The notes under the pieces are model-generated. The model saw only the letters and a program-made list of their open reading frames with translations, made no database searches and was not told where the DNA came from. Position numbers and translations under genes: made by a program. Below, one piece after another: positions 26,907-38,000 of a DNA stretch of 64,000 nt; position 1 is the stretch's first letter; each line of letters opens with the position of its first letter. Origin of the DNA: a virus; the IMG/VR virus record IMGVR_UViG_3300022074_000006, positions 69,293 through 133,292 of that record; one strand, 5' to 3'.

Positions 26907-29900
26907 GTGGCAAACACTGAAGATCTAAAAGGCCAACTAGAGATTACTAACGCACTTAACGCTGCGCTAGAACGCCAGATCTCTCTTCAGAACAAGTTGG
27001 TTTCTGGGATGAGCCGCCAGCATTCGATGATGAAAGATATCTGTGCAGCCGGACAAAAATCTTGTGGACAGCTTGACAAGCAAAAGAAGGGCCAGAGAGA
27101 TCTTACTAAAGAACTCGAGAACACAAAAGAAGCTCAAAAAGATTTAATGACTGCTATGGGACAAGGCGGTTCTGCTGCCCTTAAAGGGACGCAGGGGATA
27201 AAGAAAGCCTTCGGTGGCCTCAAGAACTTTTTGTTTTCCTGGAAAGGGATGGTTGTCGGTCTTTTCGGAGGATTAATCGCCGGCGTTGGAAAAATATTCT
27301 CAGGGCTTACAGGGATTGTCAAGGGAGTTTTCTCTGCCATAACCAGCATCGTCAAGGTCGGAATGGGTGTCATCAAGGGTCTGATCATGGCACCGTTTAA
27401 GCTCATAGGTTCGTTCAACAACATAGCAAATGAGCTGCGTAGAATTTCCGTCGTGATTAACGGAGCGCGCCAATCTGTCAACGGAATGATCGGAGATCAT
27501 AAGTCGCTGGGCAGTGTGACCTCTGAAGCCTACAAGAAAGCGCGTCAAGCAGTGAGCACACTTCCGGGTGGAGTATTTGGGCCGAGAGAGCAAGGTGCTG
27601 CAGAAAGAATAAAGCTCGCCGGGGAACTTGTCAAAGCATTCGGACCGTATCAATCTTCTCTAGCCAAGCTCAGCAATGCAGGAGCTAAGTTTGCGATACA
27701 GATGAAGAAAAACCTAGGGTTTACTGACGAACAGTTTCAGCAGATCACAAAAACGTCTAAGGCGTTCGGATCAGACCTCAATCAAGACTTCAAGGAAATC
27801 ACACTAGGAATTCAGTCTGTTTCGAAAGAAGCAGGTTTGAACATAAAGACAATGAGCCAAGATTTCATGATATTCCATGGAAAACTCAAGCCCTTGACTA
27901 ACATGACCAATAAGCAGCTGCTCACGATGACCGCCACGTTTGGAAGACTGGGGATATCGGGTGACAAAGCAATGTCCATGTTTGATAAGTTTGAAACTCT
28001 AGAAGGGGGTGCTGAGGTTGTCACTCGAATGCAAAGGTCCCTCGGAATATCCTTAAGTCAGACAGACATGATCATGTCTCGAGGCGACCCACTCAAGCAA
28101 ATGAAGTTGGTTCAGGAAGCTATGAAGCGATCTGGAAGAGCTTTCGAAGATCTTTCTTATGATGGCAAGAAGATGATCACCGAAATGTTTGGTGGTGATT
28201 CAAATGCTGCAATGTCAGCTTTTAGCCGTGCTGGAATGGAGACCACTGACTCTATTGAGAAAGCAGCCAAAGCCGCGCAAAAAGCGAAAGACGCTAGAGA
28301 CGTTCCGAAGTTGCTTCAGAAGCTGAACAAGAGCATTGAGGGAGTTGCTGACAGTTTCGGTAAAATCATGAAGCCGTTCGAAGCTTTCATGAAGGGCATG
28401 ACTTACGGTCTTGGGGGTACGAAAATCTCTAAGGGAATGATGGAAATCTCTAGGATCTTTGAAAAGATGGGCAAAGCTTTTGGTACAATGTTGGGCGACA
28501 GAAAGGTTTTTGACAAGCTCATCGACTCGTCTGTTGCCTTTGCTGAAAAGCTCAAAAACATTATGCCGCTTGTTGGGGATCTCATTGATGCCATGTTTTT
28601 TGACTCAAAAGAATCAGTATTTTCTGTTCTAAGTAAGCTGGGTGGTGAGATCTTAGGGAGCTATGGGGCTTTCTATAACGGTATAATCCCCATGTTGATT
28701 AAAGGCGTAGGGCTCGTTGTTCCCATGTTCATTAAAGCATTTGCTTTTGTGACCAACGCTTTTAACGAAATGCTCTTGTCTGTCATGGATCCGAATAGTC
28801 CTTCTTTGGGTAAAAGACTTAAAGAGATGAGCTCAGGAATATTTGACAGCATGGAATTGGACACTCCCGGAATGGCTTCAGCTGCTCAAGAAGCTGGAAA
28901 GAGAATCGGTGATTCTTTCGAAAACGAATTCGAGTCAAAGAAGATGAGAAAAATTTTCGACAAAAAGAAAGGGAAGTTTATTACAAAGTCCATGAGTCTA
29001 GGGGCAGCATTCGGAGAAAACATCTTGGAAGGCCTTAGGCGTGTAGGAAATGCTCTCGCTAAGTTTTTCGGTGAAGTTTTTAAGCGCGGCATGGCTTACC
29101 TCTGGCAGGAGTACAAGTTTTGGATCATAGGGTACTTGAGCTTGAGAGTCTTTGGTCCTTCCTTGGTAAAAGCATTTATGACAAGTGGCGCAGCGAGTGG
29201 TTTTCTTAGCATGATGAAGGCCGGAGGCCTTGCGCTGGTGGGCGCAGCAAAGTCAGGCTTAGCCGCTCTAGGAGCCACTGGGGCCGGCGCATCTGCTGGT
29301 GCCGCTTTCGGGGTCAGTGGTGGTGTAGCCGCTGGTGCAGCCTTAGGAGGATCTGTCCTGGCAGCAGGAGCTGGCGGCTACATGGCAGGGAAAGCATTAG
29401 ACAATCATTTCAAGCTTTCCACCAGGATTGCAGACTACTTTTCGGGGCTAGGCTGGAGATCGAGAGAAGAGCTTAAAGCAGAAGAGAAGAAAAACGCAGA
29501 TTATTTCAGCGCTCGCCGCGCCAGACTTGAAAAGATGAAGTTTGAGACCGACGCAGAAAAGCAGTTTGACGAAATTGTCAAGATGACATCATCGGTGACA
29601 ACTCCGGAGCAGATCAAGCTCTTGCAAAAAAGAGTGGAACTCGACCAGCAGATGACAATCAGAGAGCGAGAACACATCCAGACACTCGTTGAAAAGAGAG
29701 CGGCCGAAATTGAAAGTCAAAGAATCACAGCAGAGGGAGCCAACAAGGCAGAAGCTGCCATAGGAGGAAAATCAGGAGCGAAAGCGCTTTTGAAGGCTGC
29801 AGGAATAACATCCGGCATAGGAACCCGAAGAACCGATTCGGGCGGATTTCAGCTCGCATCTGTTGACGAAAATGAAAGTAGTCAACTTGCCATCCTCGAA

Positions 29901-31130
29901 TCTGCCGCGTCCCAGATAGCATTATCCCTTCAGACGCAGCAGCAAGCGTCTGAAGCGATGCAGAAGAGCAACGCCGACTTCCAATCCGGAAAAAAGACCC
30001 TGGACGAGCACAGAGCATTCGCCGCTAGTTACGCTACAACGTACGATACCGCTAATGATCTCATAAAAAGTGCAGCTGAAACGGCCGGAATAACCTCCAA
30101 AGAGCAACAGGCAGCTTTCGTGAACATGGTAAAAGTTTCTCAGGACGCACTTGAGAAAAGAGGTGACTACAACGTGTTCAAGAAAGATCCAAAGACAGGG
30201 AAGGTCATTGGGAGGCAGACAGTGGATCCGATGGCAGCCGCCGCCGCCTCAAATGTGCTCATGAACCTCCGTAATGCCTCAGAACGAGTTGACCCTACTA
30301 CAATGGCAGCCATCAACGCTGCACTTAAGCTTTCTGCAGCTCCATCAAGCAGAGAAGCTCTTAGTGCTGTTGCTGAACTAAGGCTCTCTGAGGCAAAGCT
30401 TAAAGAATTGCAGCTTGAAAAATTCATACCTCAGATTAAAAAAGTCGAATCAACGCTGAAGCAGACACAGGTAGTGAGAGGCCAGACATCAGACAATGTC
30501 CAGGCAGCCGCCGCGACTGCATCAAAAGGTGGCAAATCTGGACCAGGAGGTATCAAAGTTCCCGAAGGTCCTGCTTCTCTAGATCCAAAAAAGCTGAAAG
30601 TCCAAGGTCAGAAAGCAGGCAAAAAAGCCTCAATAAGAGTACAAAAACTAAAAGCTGCAGAAAGGCTGAGCAGGCTTCCTACAACAGTTTTGCGACTTCT
30701 AGCTAGCAAGTCAAAGACCAAGATGATGCTCGACGGGGGGCTACAGATGACAACAGTGCTTCAGAACATGATGCCCGCAGCCGATGGAGTTACTAAGTCT
30801 CTTAACACTGCTGCGATTCCTGCTCTACAAAACACAGCTACAGCAGCCCGCACTGCAACGGCTGCTCTAGGAACTACAGTTATCATGCTCGACCACGTTC
30901 GTGACAGAATGAATCAGATTCAGATAATCTACGCTAAGATCGCTACTGCAGTCGCCAAGGTGAGGCGAGACGGCAGCTATATGCTTAAAGGAAAGCACAA
31001 GGTCGCTATCGGAGCAGAAGGAACTAATAAGTTTACACTAAACGTGAATGTCACGATGGATTCCAAGGAACTCGCGATAGCAGCGAGAAAGACGTCCATC
31101 GTTGCTGATTTACCAGTAGGGACACCATGA
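26907..31130 (+). CDS. Tape measure protein (1407 aa)
   Basis: Long Ala/Lys/Gly-rich helical protein with amphipathic repeats (GLFGGLIAGVGKIFSGLTG...) and hydrophobic segments; canonical position. Confidence 0.85.
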   Translation: MANTEDLKGQLEITNALNAALERQISLQNKLVSGMSRQHSMMKDICAAGQKSCGQLDKQKKGQRDLTKELENTKEAQKDLMTAMGQGGSAALKGTQGIKKAFGGLKNFLFSWKGMVVGLFGGLIAGVGKIFSGLTGIVKGVFSAITSIVKVGMGVIKGLIMAPFKLIGSFNNIANELRRISVVINGARQSVNGMIGDHKSLGSVTSEAYKKARQAVSTLPGGVFGPREQGAAERIKLAGELVKAFGPYQSSLAKLSNAGAKFAIQMKKNLGFTDEQFQQITKTSKAFGSDLNQDFKEITLGIQSVSKEAGLNIKTMSQDFMIFHGKLKPLTNMTNKQLLTMTATFGRLGISGDKAMSMFDKFETLEGGAEVVTRMQRSLGISLSQTDMIMSRGDPLKQMKLVQEAMKRSGRAFEDLSYDGKKMITEMFGGDSNAAMSAFSRAGMETTDSIEKAAKAAQKAKDARDVPKLLQKLNKSIEGVADSFGKIMKPFEAFMKGMTYGLGGTKISKGMMEISRIFEKMGKAFGTMLGDRKVFDKLIDSSVAFAEKLKNIMPLVGDLIDAMFFDSKESVFSVLSKLGGEILGSYGAFYNGIIPMLIKGVGLVVPMFIKAFAFVTNAFNEMLLSVMDPNSPSLGKRLKEMSSGIFDSMELDTPGMASAAQEAGKRIGDSFENEFESKKMRKIFDKKKGKFITKSMSLGAAFGENILEGLRRVGNALAKFFGEVFKRGMAYLWQEYKFWIIGYLSLRVFGPSLVKAFMTSGAASGFLSMMKAGGLALVGAAKSGLAALGATGAGASAGAAFGVSGGVAAGAALGGSVLAAGAGGYMAGKALDNHFKLSTRIADYFSGLGWRSREELKAEEKKNADYFSARRARLEKMKFETDAEKQFDEIVKMTSSVTTPEQIKLLQKRVELDQQMTIREREHIQTLVEKRAAEIESQRITAEGANKAEAAIGGKSGAKALLKAAGITSGIGTRRTDSGGFQLASVDENESSQLAILESAASQIALSLQTQQQASEAMQKSNADFQSGKKTLDEHRAFAASYATTYDTANDLIKSAAETAGITSKEQQAAFVNMVKVSQDALEKRGDYNVFKKDPKTGKVIGRQTVDPMAAAAASNVLMNLRNASERVDPTTMAAINAALKLSAAPSSREALSAVAELRLSEAKLKELQLEKFIPQIKKVESTLKQTQVVRGQTSDNVQAAAATASKGGKSGPGGIKVPEGPASLDPKKLKVQGQKAGKKASIRVQKLKAAERLSRLPTTVLRLLASKSKTKMMLDGGLQMTTVLQNMMPAADGVTKSLNTAAIPALQNTATAARTATAALGTTVIMLDHVRDRMNQIQIIYAKIATAVAKVRRDGSYMLKGKHKVAIGAEGTNKFTLNVNVTMDSKELAIAARKTSIVADLPVGTP

Positions 31131-31450
31131 TGAGCAAAGAAGAAAAAAGAGCAGGGTTCGGGGTATTTAAAGGATTGACACCGGAAGAAATGAAAGCTTC
31201 TGACAACATAGTCTTGGACACTCTAAAGGCCGCTGCTAAAGAAGACTCTATTGGTGGAAAATTGATTGCACATGGATTGCAAATGACAGGATCTGAAGGC
31301 GAAGCGTTTAAGGTGGCTGTTGAGGCATATTCGTCTGCGTGCAATCCAATCTTTGAAAAAGTGTTGGAGCACATGTCCGACGAAAATTTTAGAAGTCAGG
31401 TTCAAGCTCGATTGATGCAGATTCATGGAATAAAAAAGAAAGGGTCTTAA
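31127..31450 (+). CDS. Hypothetical protein (107 aa)
   Basis: ATGA overlap with the tape measure gene; its stop directly abuts the next ATG. Confidence 0.65.
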   Translation: MMSKEEKRAGFGVFKGLTPEEMKASDNIVLDTLKAAAKEDSIGGKLIAHGLQMTGSEGEAFKVAVEAYSSACNPIFEKVLEHMSDENFRSQVQARLMQIHGIKKKGS

Positions 31451-34400
31451 ATGTCGTCAGGAGGAAACAGAAGGCTAAACGCTCAGGATGAGAACGTGTA
31501 CGTTCCCGGAGACGTTTATGTACCGAATCATGAAGAGACACAAGACCTGTCGGAGAGTAACAAACTCACCCTAAGAAATTACATGAGAGCAGTCACTGAT
31601 GGGAATGGACCCCAGTCGACTCCGGAGAGGCCTGTCGCAGGAAATACCCAACCTGTGCCAGGTGAAGGAGAGAACACTGCAGGAGTCACCGGTGCAGGAA
31701 CACCCAATGAGAGCATAGACAATCAGCGTACGTCTCACGCTCTCGCGAACGAGGCAAAGATAAGTGAAAGAATCTCTTCAGAGAACGGCAGAGACAAATG
31801 GGTCGTTGGCAAAGACCACGTCCCAAGAACTCCATTCGAAAATCTGCTCTCTAATCTTAAGGCCGCGTATCCGCTTGGAAAATATGTTTCTGCTAAAGGT
31901 TTGGAAGTTACCCGACCCGGGACAGTGGCTTCAAGTTTGACAATAGGAGGTGCTCATGAAAGAGCCGCCTCTATCGGAGGACCTAATCCTCACCAGACCC
32001 CTAGAACTGCTGCAACAGACGAGCCCGGTGAGACTTATACAGAGCTAAGCAACGCCGTGTCACACGCTCTGTCATTTAACAGGTTTAGTCCGACAAAAGG
32101 ATCACCTTTAGTTGTCGATGGGGCAAAAACAAAACTAGGATGGACTTTGCAATTTGGCAACCTTGGATCTTACAATCCAGATGCAGAAGAAATACCGGGT
32201 TCATCGCTTGCGGGTGTAGGTAGATCATTGCTAAGCGGCCAGACAGGTCATGGAGTCGGTCCTGATTTATCTGCCGAAACGGCGATAAGTCCAACTCAAA
32301 ATCAGCTAGGTTTAGGGACTTCGATAAGCCTGAGTGACCTACACAACGTCCAGAGACTTATCGGTGCAGCCAGAAGAGATGTGTACACTCTTTTGGACCC
32401 TAACATCAATGATGATATAGGCGACGATCGAGCAACGAGAACCACTCTAGGGACTTCAATGTCAATCGCTGGCGATCAAACTTACGGGGTTCTTAATTCT
32501 CACAGAGAGCCATTTGAAGGAAGCTTTAGTTTGGTGCTAATAGTAATACTTCAGTTTGTTGGTGTTGCTGTTGCTGGAACCTTGATCGATCTTATTATGT
32601 TTGACTTTTTAAATCCTGACGTTAGGACTTTCGATCATAGGAATAGAAAAGGAAGTGAGCTTATTCCTGGAAAGTCTAAACCTAAAAAGTCTGGATTCTC
32701 TCCTGACACTGGCGCTCTTGAGTTTTTTCAAACTTTATTCGGCGTGCCTCAAAATCTTCAGCATGACTTCAGTAATTCTTTCTACGAAGGACTCAAAGGT
32801 TTTTACGGTGCAGATCCAGACGGTATAGGAAGTGATCCTATCGGATTTTTTAAGAGTGCCTTTGATTCTTCGGGATACTATGCAACTATCGTAAGACTTG
32901 TATCAAATGACATGTTTGACTATCCTGAAATTTTTGATCTATACAACAAGCAAGATCCACTCAGTGCTACGGTCAAGATGTTTGGTGTGATGAGAAACTC
33001 TCACACTTTAAGGTTCATAATGACCCTTGTAGCAACAGGAGATCAGATACTCCAGATTCAAGATGGAACCAGAATAAACAACGCAAAAGAATCTTTTTCG
33101 AGATTACCCCAGGCTGTTTCAATGGGGGCAGGAGGATCTGGGATGATGATGCTTGGCTCTGTTGCTCTAAAAAATCTATCCAGCAGGTTTGGGAAACAAA
33201 AGCACAACGTCTACGGCAATATTATAGCACCTTCTACAACTCAAATGGACGCCACCAAACCTCTGGGAGGAAAACAGTTTTACAAGAACTATCTGGGGCC
33301 GGCAAATGGCGGGATATACCGGCATAAAGCAGATTCCTTCATACCTGATGATGTGAGAACCAAATTTGAAGATATCTTAGACGCAACGTATTGTCCGTTT
33401 TATTTTCACGATCTTAGGACGAACGAGATCGTTTCTTTTCATGCTTTCTTGACAAACCTAAACGACTCTTATCAAGCAAACTATGACGAAGTCTCTGGGT
33501 ATGGAAGAGTTGAAACTGGAAAGATTTATAAGAACACTCAAAGAACTCTTTCGATTACTTTCAAGGTGTGTGCAGTGTCACCGCAAGACATGGACACGAT
33601 GTATCTTAAACTTAATCGACTTCTTGCAATGGTGTACCCACAATACACAGCAGGTAGAGGAGTGGACATTGACGGAAAGCTTGCCCGAGCTCCGTTTTCT
33701 CAAATTCCTGCCTCTACTCCACTCCTAAGAGTAAAGGTGGGCGATGTTATAGGGTCCAACGCGTCTCAGCTTGCTGTCGCTAGGCTTTACGGGTCTCTTG
33801 AAGGAGAAAAGTCACTTGGTGATGCTGACGCCGCGAGCGATATATCTGTAAATTCAGGTCGGTTAAGTTTAGGAGGCCAAAGCGGCAAAGATGAGTCTGA
33901 GAAAGTCGCAGCCTCCGATGCAGTGCTAATAAGGGGTCACGAAAGGATTTTTATAAGCGACGGCACCACAGCACACAGTACACCTTTCACGATGCAAGAA
34001 GGCGTTAATCACGCAATAAATTTAAAAGAAGGAGGAGATCCCCCTGTGTTCCCTCTCCAAGCCAAGATGGAGTCAGGCACGACAACTCATGAGGGTCTTC
34101 ATGTTCTTAAGCTTAAAACGATTCTTGATGCCAACGGGACAGATGTGACTGAACTTTTTAATACGCATTTTTACGAAATATTGTCAGGACGCAAAAAGAA
34201 AGAATCAGGTCTGGACGGAAAAAGAATATCAGGTGATAGAGATTTCGATCCTGGAGGTTCTGAGCGAAGCAGGGCAGCAGGATCTCTCAAGCTTAAGTTT
34301 GGCATTATTGATGAAGACACAGATGCGAGTCTATGTGTTCCTGTTACAGACATCTTAAGCGGCCCGGGCGGATCATTTTCTTATTACGACTCTTCAAACA

Positions 34401-34726
34401 CCAAAAAGGCTCATCCGTTTATCGCCGCTCGCAGCACAGATGATGGATTACATTTTACTGGTGACAAAGTAGGATCTGTTGTAAAAGCTTTTCAAGATTC
34501 TGGGGGGCAAGGAGTGCCAGGTGTAATTACCTCTATTGACTTTGGCAACATGGTTGAGAACACTTGGGGCATTGATGATGGCTATAGGGCGCCGATCACT
34601 TTAGACGTCACAATTTCGTATGCAGTTGTTCACGATATACCGCCAGGTCTGGACTCGCACGGACTTATGAACAGTGCAATTTACGGTGTGGGCGCAGCTA
34701 GATCTTACAACAAAGGGAAGTTGTAG
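31451..34726 (+). CDS. Baseplate tube-initiator-like protein (gp48/gp54-like domain) with large extra regions
   Basis: PFYFHDLRTNEIVSFHAFLTNLNDSY...YGRVE...RTLSITFKV...LLAMVYPQY...PLLRVKVGD tube-fold pattern; position after the tape measure. Confidence 0.6.
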   Translation: MSSGGNRRLNAQDENVYVPGDVYVPNHEETQDLSESNKLTLRNYMRAVTDGNGPQSTPERPVAGNTQPVPGEGENTAGVTGAGTPNESIDNQRTSHALANEAKISERISSENGRDKWVVGKDHVPRTPFENLLSNLKAAYPLGKYVSAKGLEVTRPGTVASSLTIGGAHERAASIGGPNPHQTPRTAATDEPGETYTELSNAVSHALSFNRFSPTKGSPLVVDGAKTKLGWTLQFGNLGSYNPDAEEIPGSSLAGVGRSLLSGQTGHGVGPDLSAETAISPTQNQLGLGTSISLSDLHNVQRLIGAARRDVYTLLDPNINDDIGDDRATRTTLGTSMSIAGDQTYGVLNSHREPFEGSFSLVLIVILQFVGVAVAGTLIDLIMFDFLNPDVRTFDHRNRKGSELIPGKSKPKKSGFSPDTGALEFFQTLFGVPQNLQHDFSNSFYEGLKGFYGADPDGIGSDPIGFFKSAFDSSGYYATIVRLVSNDMFDYPEIFDLYNKQDPLSATVKMFGVMRNSHTLRFIMTLVATGDQILQIQDGTRINNAKESFSRLPQAVSMGAGGSGMMMLGSVALKNLSSRFGKQKHNVYGNIIAPSTTQMDATKPLGGKQFYKNYLGPANGGIYRHKADSFIPDDVRTKFEDILDATYCPFYFHDLRTNEIVSFHAFLTNLNDSYQANYDEVSGYGRVETGKIYKNTQRTLSITFKVCAVSPQDMDTMYLKLNRLLAMVYPQYTAGRGVDIDGKLARAPFSQIPASTPLLRVKVGDVIGSNASQLAVARLYGSLEGEKSLGDADAASDISVNSGRLSLGGQSGKDESEKVAASDAVLIRGHERIFISDGTTAHSTPFTMQEGVNHAINLKEGGDPPVFPLQAKMESGTTTHEGLHVLKLKTILDANGTDVTELFNTHFYEILSGRKKKESGLDGKRISGDRDFDPGGSERSRAAGSLKLKFGIIDEDTDASLCVPVTDILSGPGGSFSYYDSSNTKKAHPFIAARSTDDGLHFTGDKVGSVVKAFQDSGGQGVPGVITSIDFGNMVENTWGIDDGYRAPITLDVTISYAVVHDIPPGLDSHGLMNSAIYGVGAARSYNKGKL

Positions 34727-35010
34727 TGGGAAGATATACAGAAGATCCGCTAGTAGGAGGAATAAGATTTGGGACCTCTGAGGCGATAGACAAAATTAGA
34801 AGTGCAGCAGCATCCGGACAAATAAGCACTGCAGTCTTGACTCTAACAGAAGGCCATCGGTTGGATACAGTTGCAGGTCTTTTGCTGGGTGATGGAAGAT
34901 TGTGGTGGGTCATCGCAGCTCTTTCTGGCATAGGATGGGGTCTTCAAGTTCCTCCCGGAACTAGAATAGTGTATCCAACTGATGCTAGGCAGCTTGAGAT
35001 CTTGTCGTGA
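34726..35010 (+). CDS. LysM-like/tail-X-like baseplate protein (gp53-like)
   Basis: HRLDTVAGLLLGDGRLWWVIAALSGI...PGTRIVYP. Confidence 0.75.
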   Translation: MGRYTEDPLVGGIRFGTSEAIDKIRSAAASGQISTAVLTLTEGHRLDTVAGLLLGDGRLWWVIAALSGIGWGLQVPPGTRIVYPTDARQLEILS

Positions 35011-38000
35011 GCAAAGAATATCTAGACAGAAGAAAGCGTCGATGGGCCTATAGGCATCTGATCGGAGAGCTAGGACTCGCACCGCCGGCGACAGACAGAT
35101 CAGCAGGAGATTGGAATCCTGGGCAAGTTGCAGAAAAAAGTATCAAAACTTTAAAAGATCTTGGAGTTCCTGGAGGTGTAGGAGATCAAAACTGGATAAT
35201 AGCTCCAGCAACAATCAAGCCCGACTCTGCAATAGCATCTACAGCAGTAGAGGTGCTTGTCAACTTTTTAGAAACAAACCAGACAGTCTCGAGCCTCTTT
35301 AAAGATCTTGAGACTTATTATAAAAGCACTGATGGGGAAGCCATTTCCGATCTTGTAGTTCGAGTCGGAAGGTCTCTAGGGAATCCTACAGTAGAGTCCA
35401 ACCAAAAGTCTTTTATTGAAATTCTAGGCATAGAAAAGGCAGCGGATGTAGGCAAAAATCTGTTTTTAAAACAGGCATCAAAGTTTACAAGAAATGTAGG
35501 CTCTAGGTCCAAAGCCGCAATATTGCAAAATATGCTGGAGTCTGAAAATCTCAAGGTTTGCAATCCTGACTACAAATACACGCCGGATTCTCCTGTAAAC
35601 TGTGCCGTTCACACGCTTTTCATAAACGGCACAACAAGTACAGAAATTCTAGGAGGAACTGACACAACTCTTTTCATGAACTATATACCTAACTCTATTT
35701 TGTCTAGAGCAGTTCCGTTCTTAGAGATAAGCATGACAATGGGAAATAAAGGTAGAAAAAGACTATTTCAGTCCATGGGGCCTAGCTTGATTCTAGGAGA
35801 CCCGCTCGGGTCTAAAAAGAACCCAGCCTTTGACGCAAGGTTTGCTACGAGAATATCTGACAAGTTTCCTTCTCCGCAACCAATGATCACAAATGACACG
35901 TTTAATCTTCCACAAACGCTAGGTTCGTCTAGAAAGCAAACTGCAGCTTTTCACAACTATCCAGATCCTGTTCCTCGAGATCAGTTTGCTCCTTTCGTCA
36001 CGATACAGGACTTTAGTCTTAACTTTGACGGATCAAACTTAAGTGACTTGATGGAATCAGCCGGGCTGGTAAAAGGAAACTTAAAGCTTTTCTTTCCTGA
36101 CAAAACAAAGATGACAAACGTTGATCAACTTATCTTATCATCAAACAACGAGCTTAAGCTTGAGCTTCACTTTGGCTGGTCTATATCACCGAATGAAATA
36201 GGTGACGCCAGATCAGCTATAATATCATACATGAATAGCCAAAGAATAAAGATTATGACTTCCACTACGATGGGAAGTATTAGATTTACTCAGTCCGGAG
36301 GGGCTGAAGTTGATTTGCTTCTATACGGAACCGGTGATGAAAAAGATCCAACTGTCAATATGAGCAATGCTGATATTTCTTCTCATATTGAAATATTTGG
36401 CAGAACTCAAACAAGATATCTAAGGTTTGCTGAAAATTATCTAGGCCGAACTTCATCTCAGAATCAAGATATTCTAGACTTAGCGCTTCCTGACGACACG
36501 TCCAGAGTCATTAGAAAGGTACAACCTGCTAGGAAAAAGTCTCTTAATAGAAAGAGCAGAGCGTCAATCTCTCAAGGAAACAAAAATAGAGCAGTTAGGC
36601 ATTATTCTTTAGCCGGTCTTAAAAAAATCAAGGGAAGCCTAAATAAGTTTAAAGACGCTGACCTCATTGCAGAAAAAATTTCCACCCTAGCAGATGCAGA
36701 TGACTCTGAGAAGCAAGAGTCTTACTTGTCATTTGACGCAACATCTGGCGTTTTCTATGATTACCTTACAGCTATCATAGAGGCAGCTGAGCACAAACAC
36801 TACAATATCAACAGAAGAAACAAAAAGGACCGAACAAAGCATGCTCTTCTTAAAAAGGCTGTAACTGTAAAGACAATGAAGGTAACTGCACCAAAAGCAA
36901 AAGCACTGCAGGAAAATTATCAGGCAGTCCGAAATGCAGCGGAGTCTTTATACAACTCAATCGACAAGAAATTTAAGAACAATAAAAAACACAAGAGTGC
37001 ACCTGAGTTTATTAAACTTGTAAAAGCTAAAAAAGTATTGACGGCTACTTTGCGAACAGGGTGTGATATCTTGCTGACAGCAAACTTAAACGCCAGACCT
37101 ATCATGAATTTTATTCAAAGCAAAGGCTTAAACACCCCTTTCCCACCTACCCAAGATGTAATAAACAAAAATCGGGAAACACTAGTCAATGTAAAGGCGT
37201 CGGCGGTACCTTTTGCTAATTTTACTGTGACTAAAGGCCCACTTCCCAAGTCTGTTTTGAGGCCTAGGACTGATGCCCAGCTTAAGCAAAGAAATGCTTT
37301 GCAAAAAAAGATGAAGGAAATCTCATCTCTTGACGAGTCATCGCTGACTAACACAAGATTTGTCTTTATGCATTTTCCAAGAAGGTTCATGTTGTCTAAC
37401 GGTATAGTAGTAGACAGAAACCCTAAAAGTCCTAAGCACTTGATGTCTACAGGAAGGCCAATTCCAGGGGATCTACAAACTTCTATCAAAAGCAATAATC
37501 ATATAGCATCGTTTTGGATGCAAGAAGGAACGAAGAAAAGATCTCCACCCGCCTATAGATATTTGACACTAAGCTATGTAGTTCACACAACTCTAGTTCA
37601 ATCTCTGTATGCTTCGGGAGATTACGAGGAAATTCAGGTGATTTACTTTAAATACAACTCAAAGTGTGCCCGGTTTTCTAATCAAAACATTGGAGATACT
37701 CCTATACATATAGACACCATAAAGAGTAAGTGGCAGGGGAGCGAGGGAGATCCATATGCGTTCATAGGACAGCTGTTAGGTGAAATCAATAACTCAAATT
37801 CCAGTGGTGTTCCTCACGGATTTAGAAGAAAACCTGGCACGAGCAGAAAGAAAGGAGAGCTCTACGAAGATCAGGTTGTTCCAAAAGTGGAAAGAATTAA
37901 CAGAATGCTATCAGCAAAACACCCTCAAAAAGGAAAAGAAAACGTTTTGGTGAAAATTCTTAGGATAGCTTTTGTTGATAGGACATCCACGTCAGACTCG

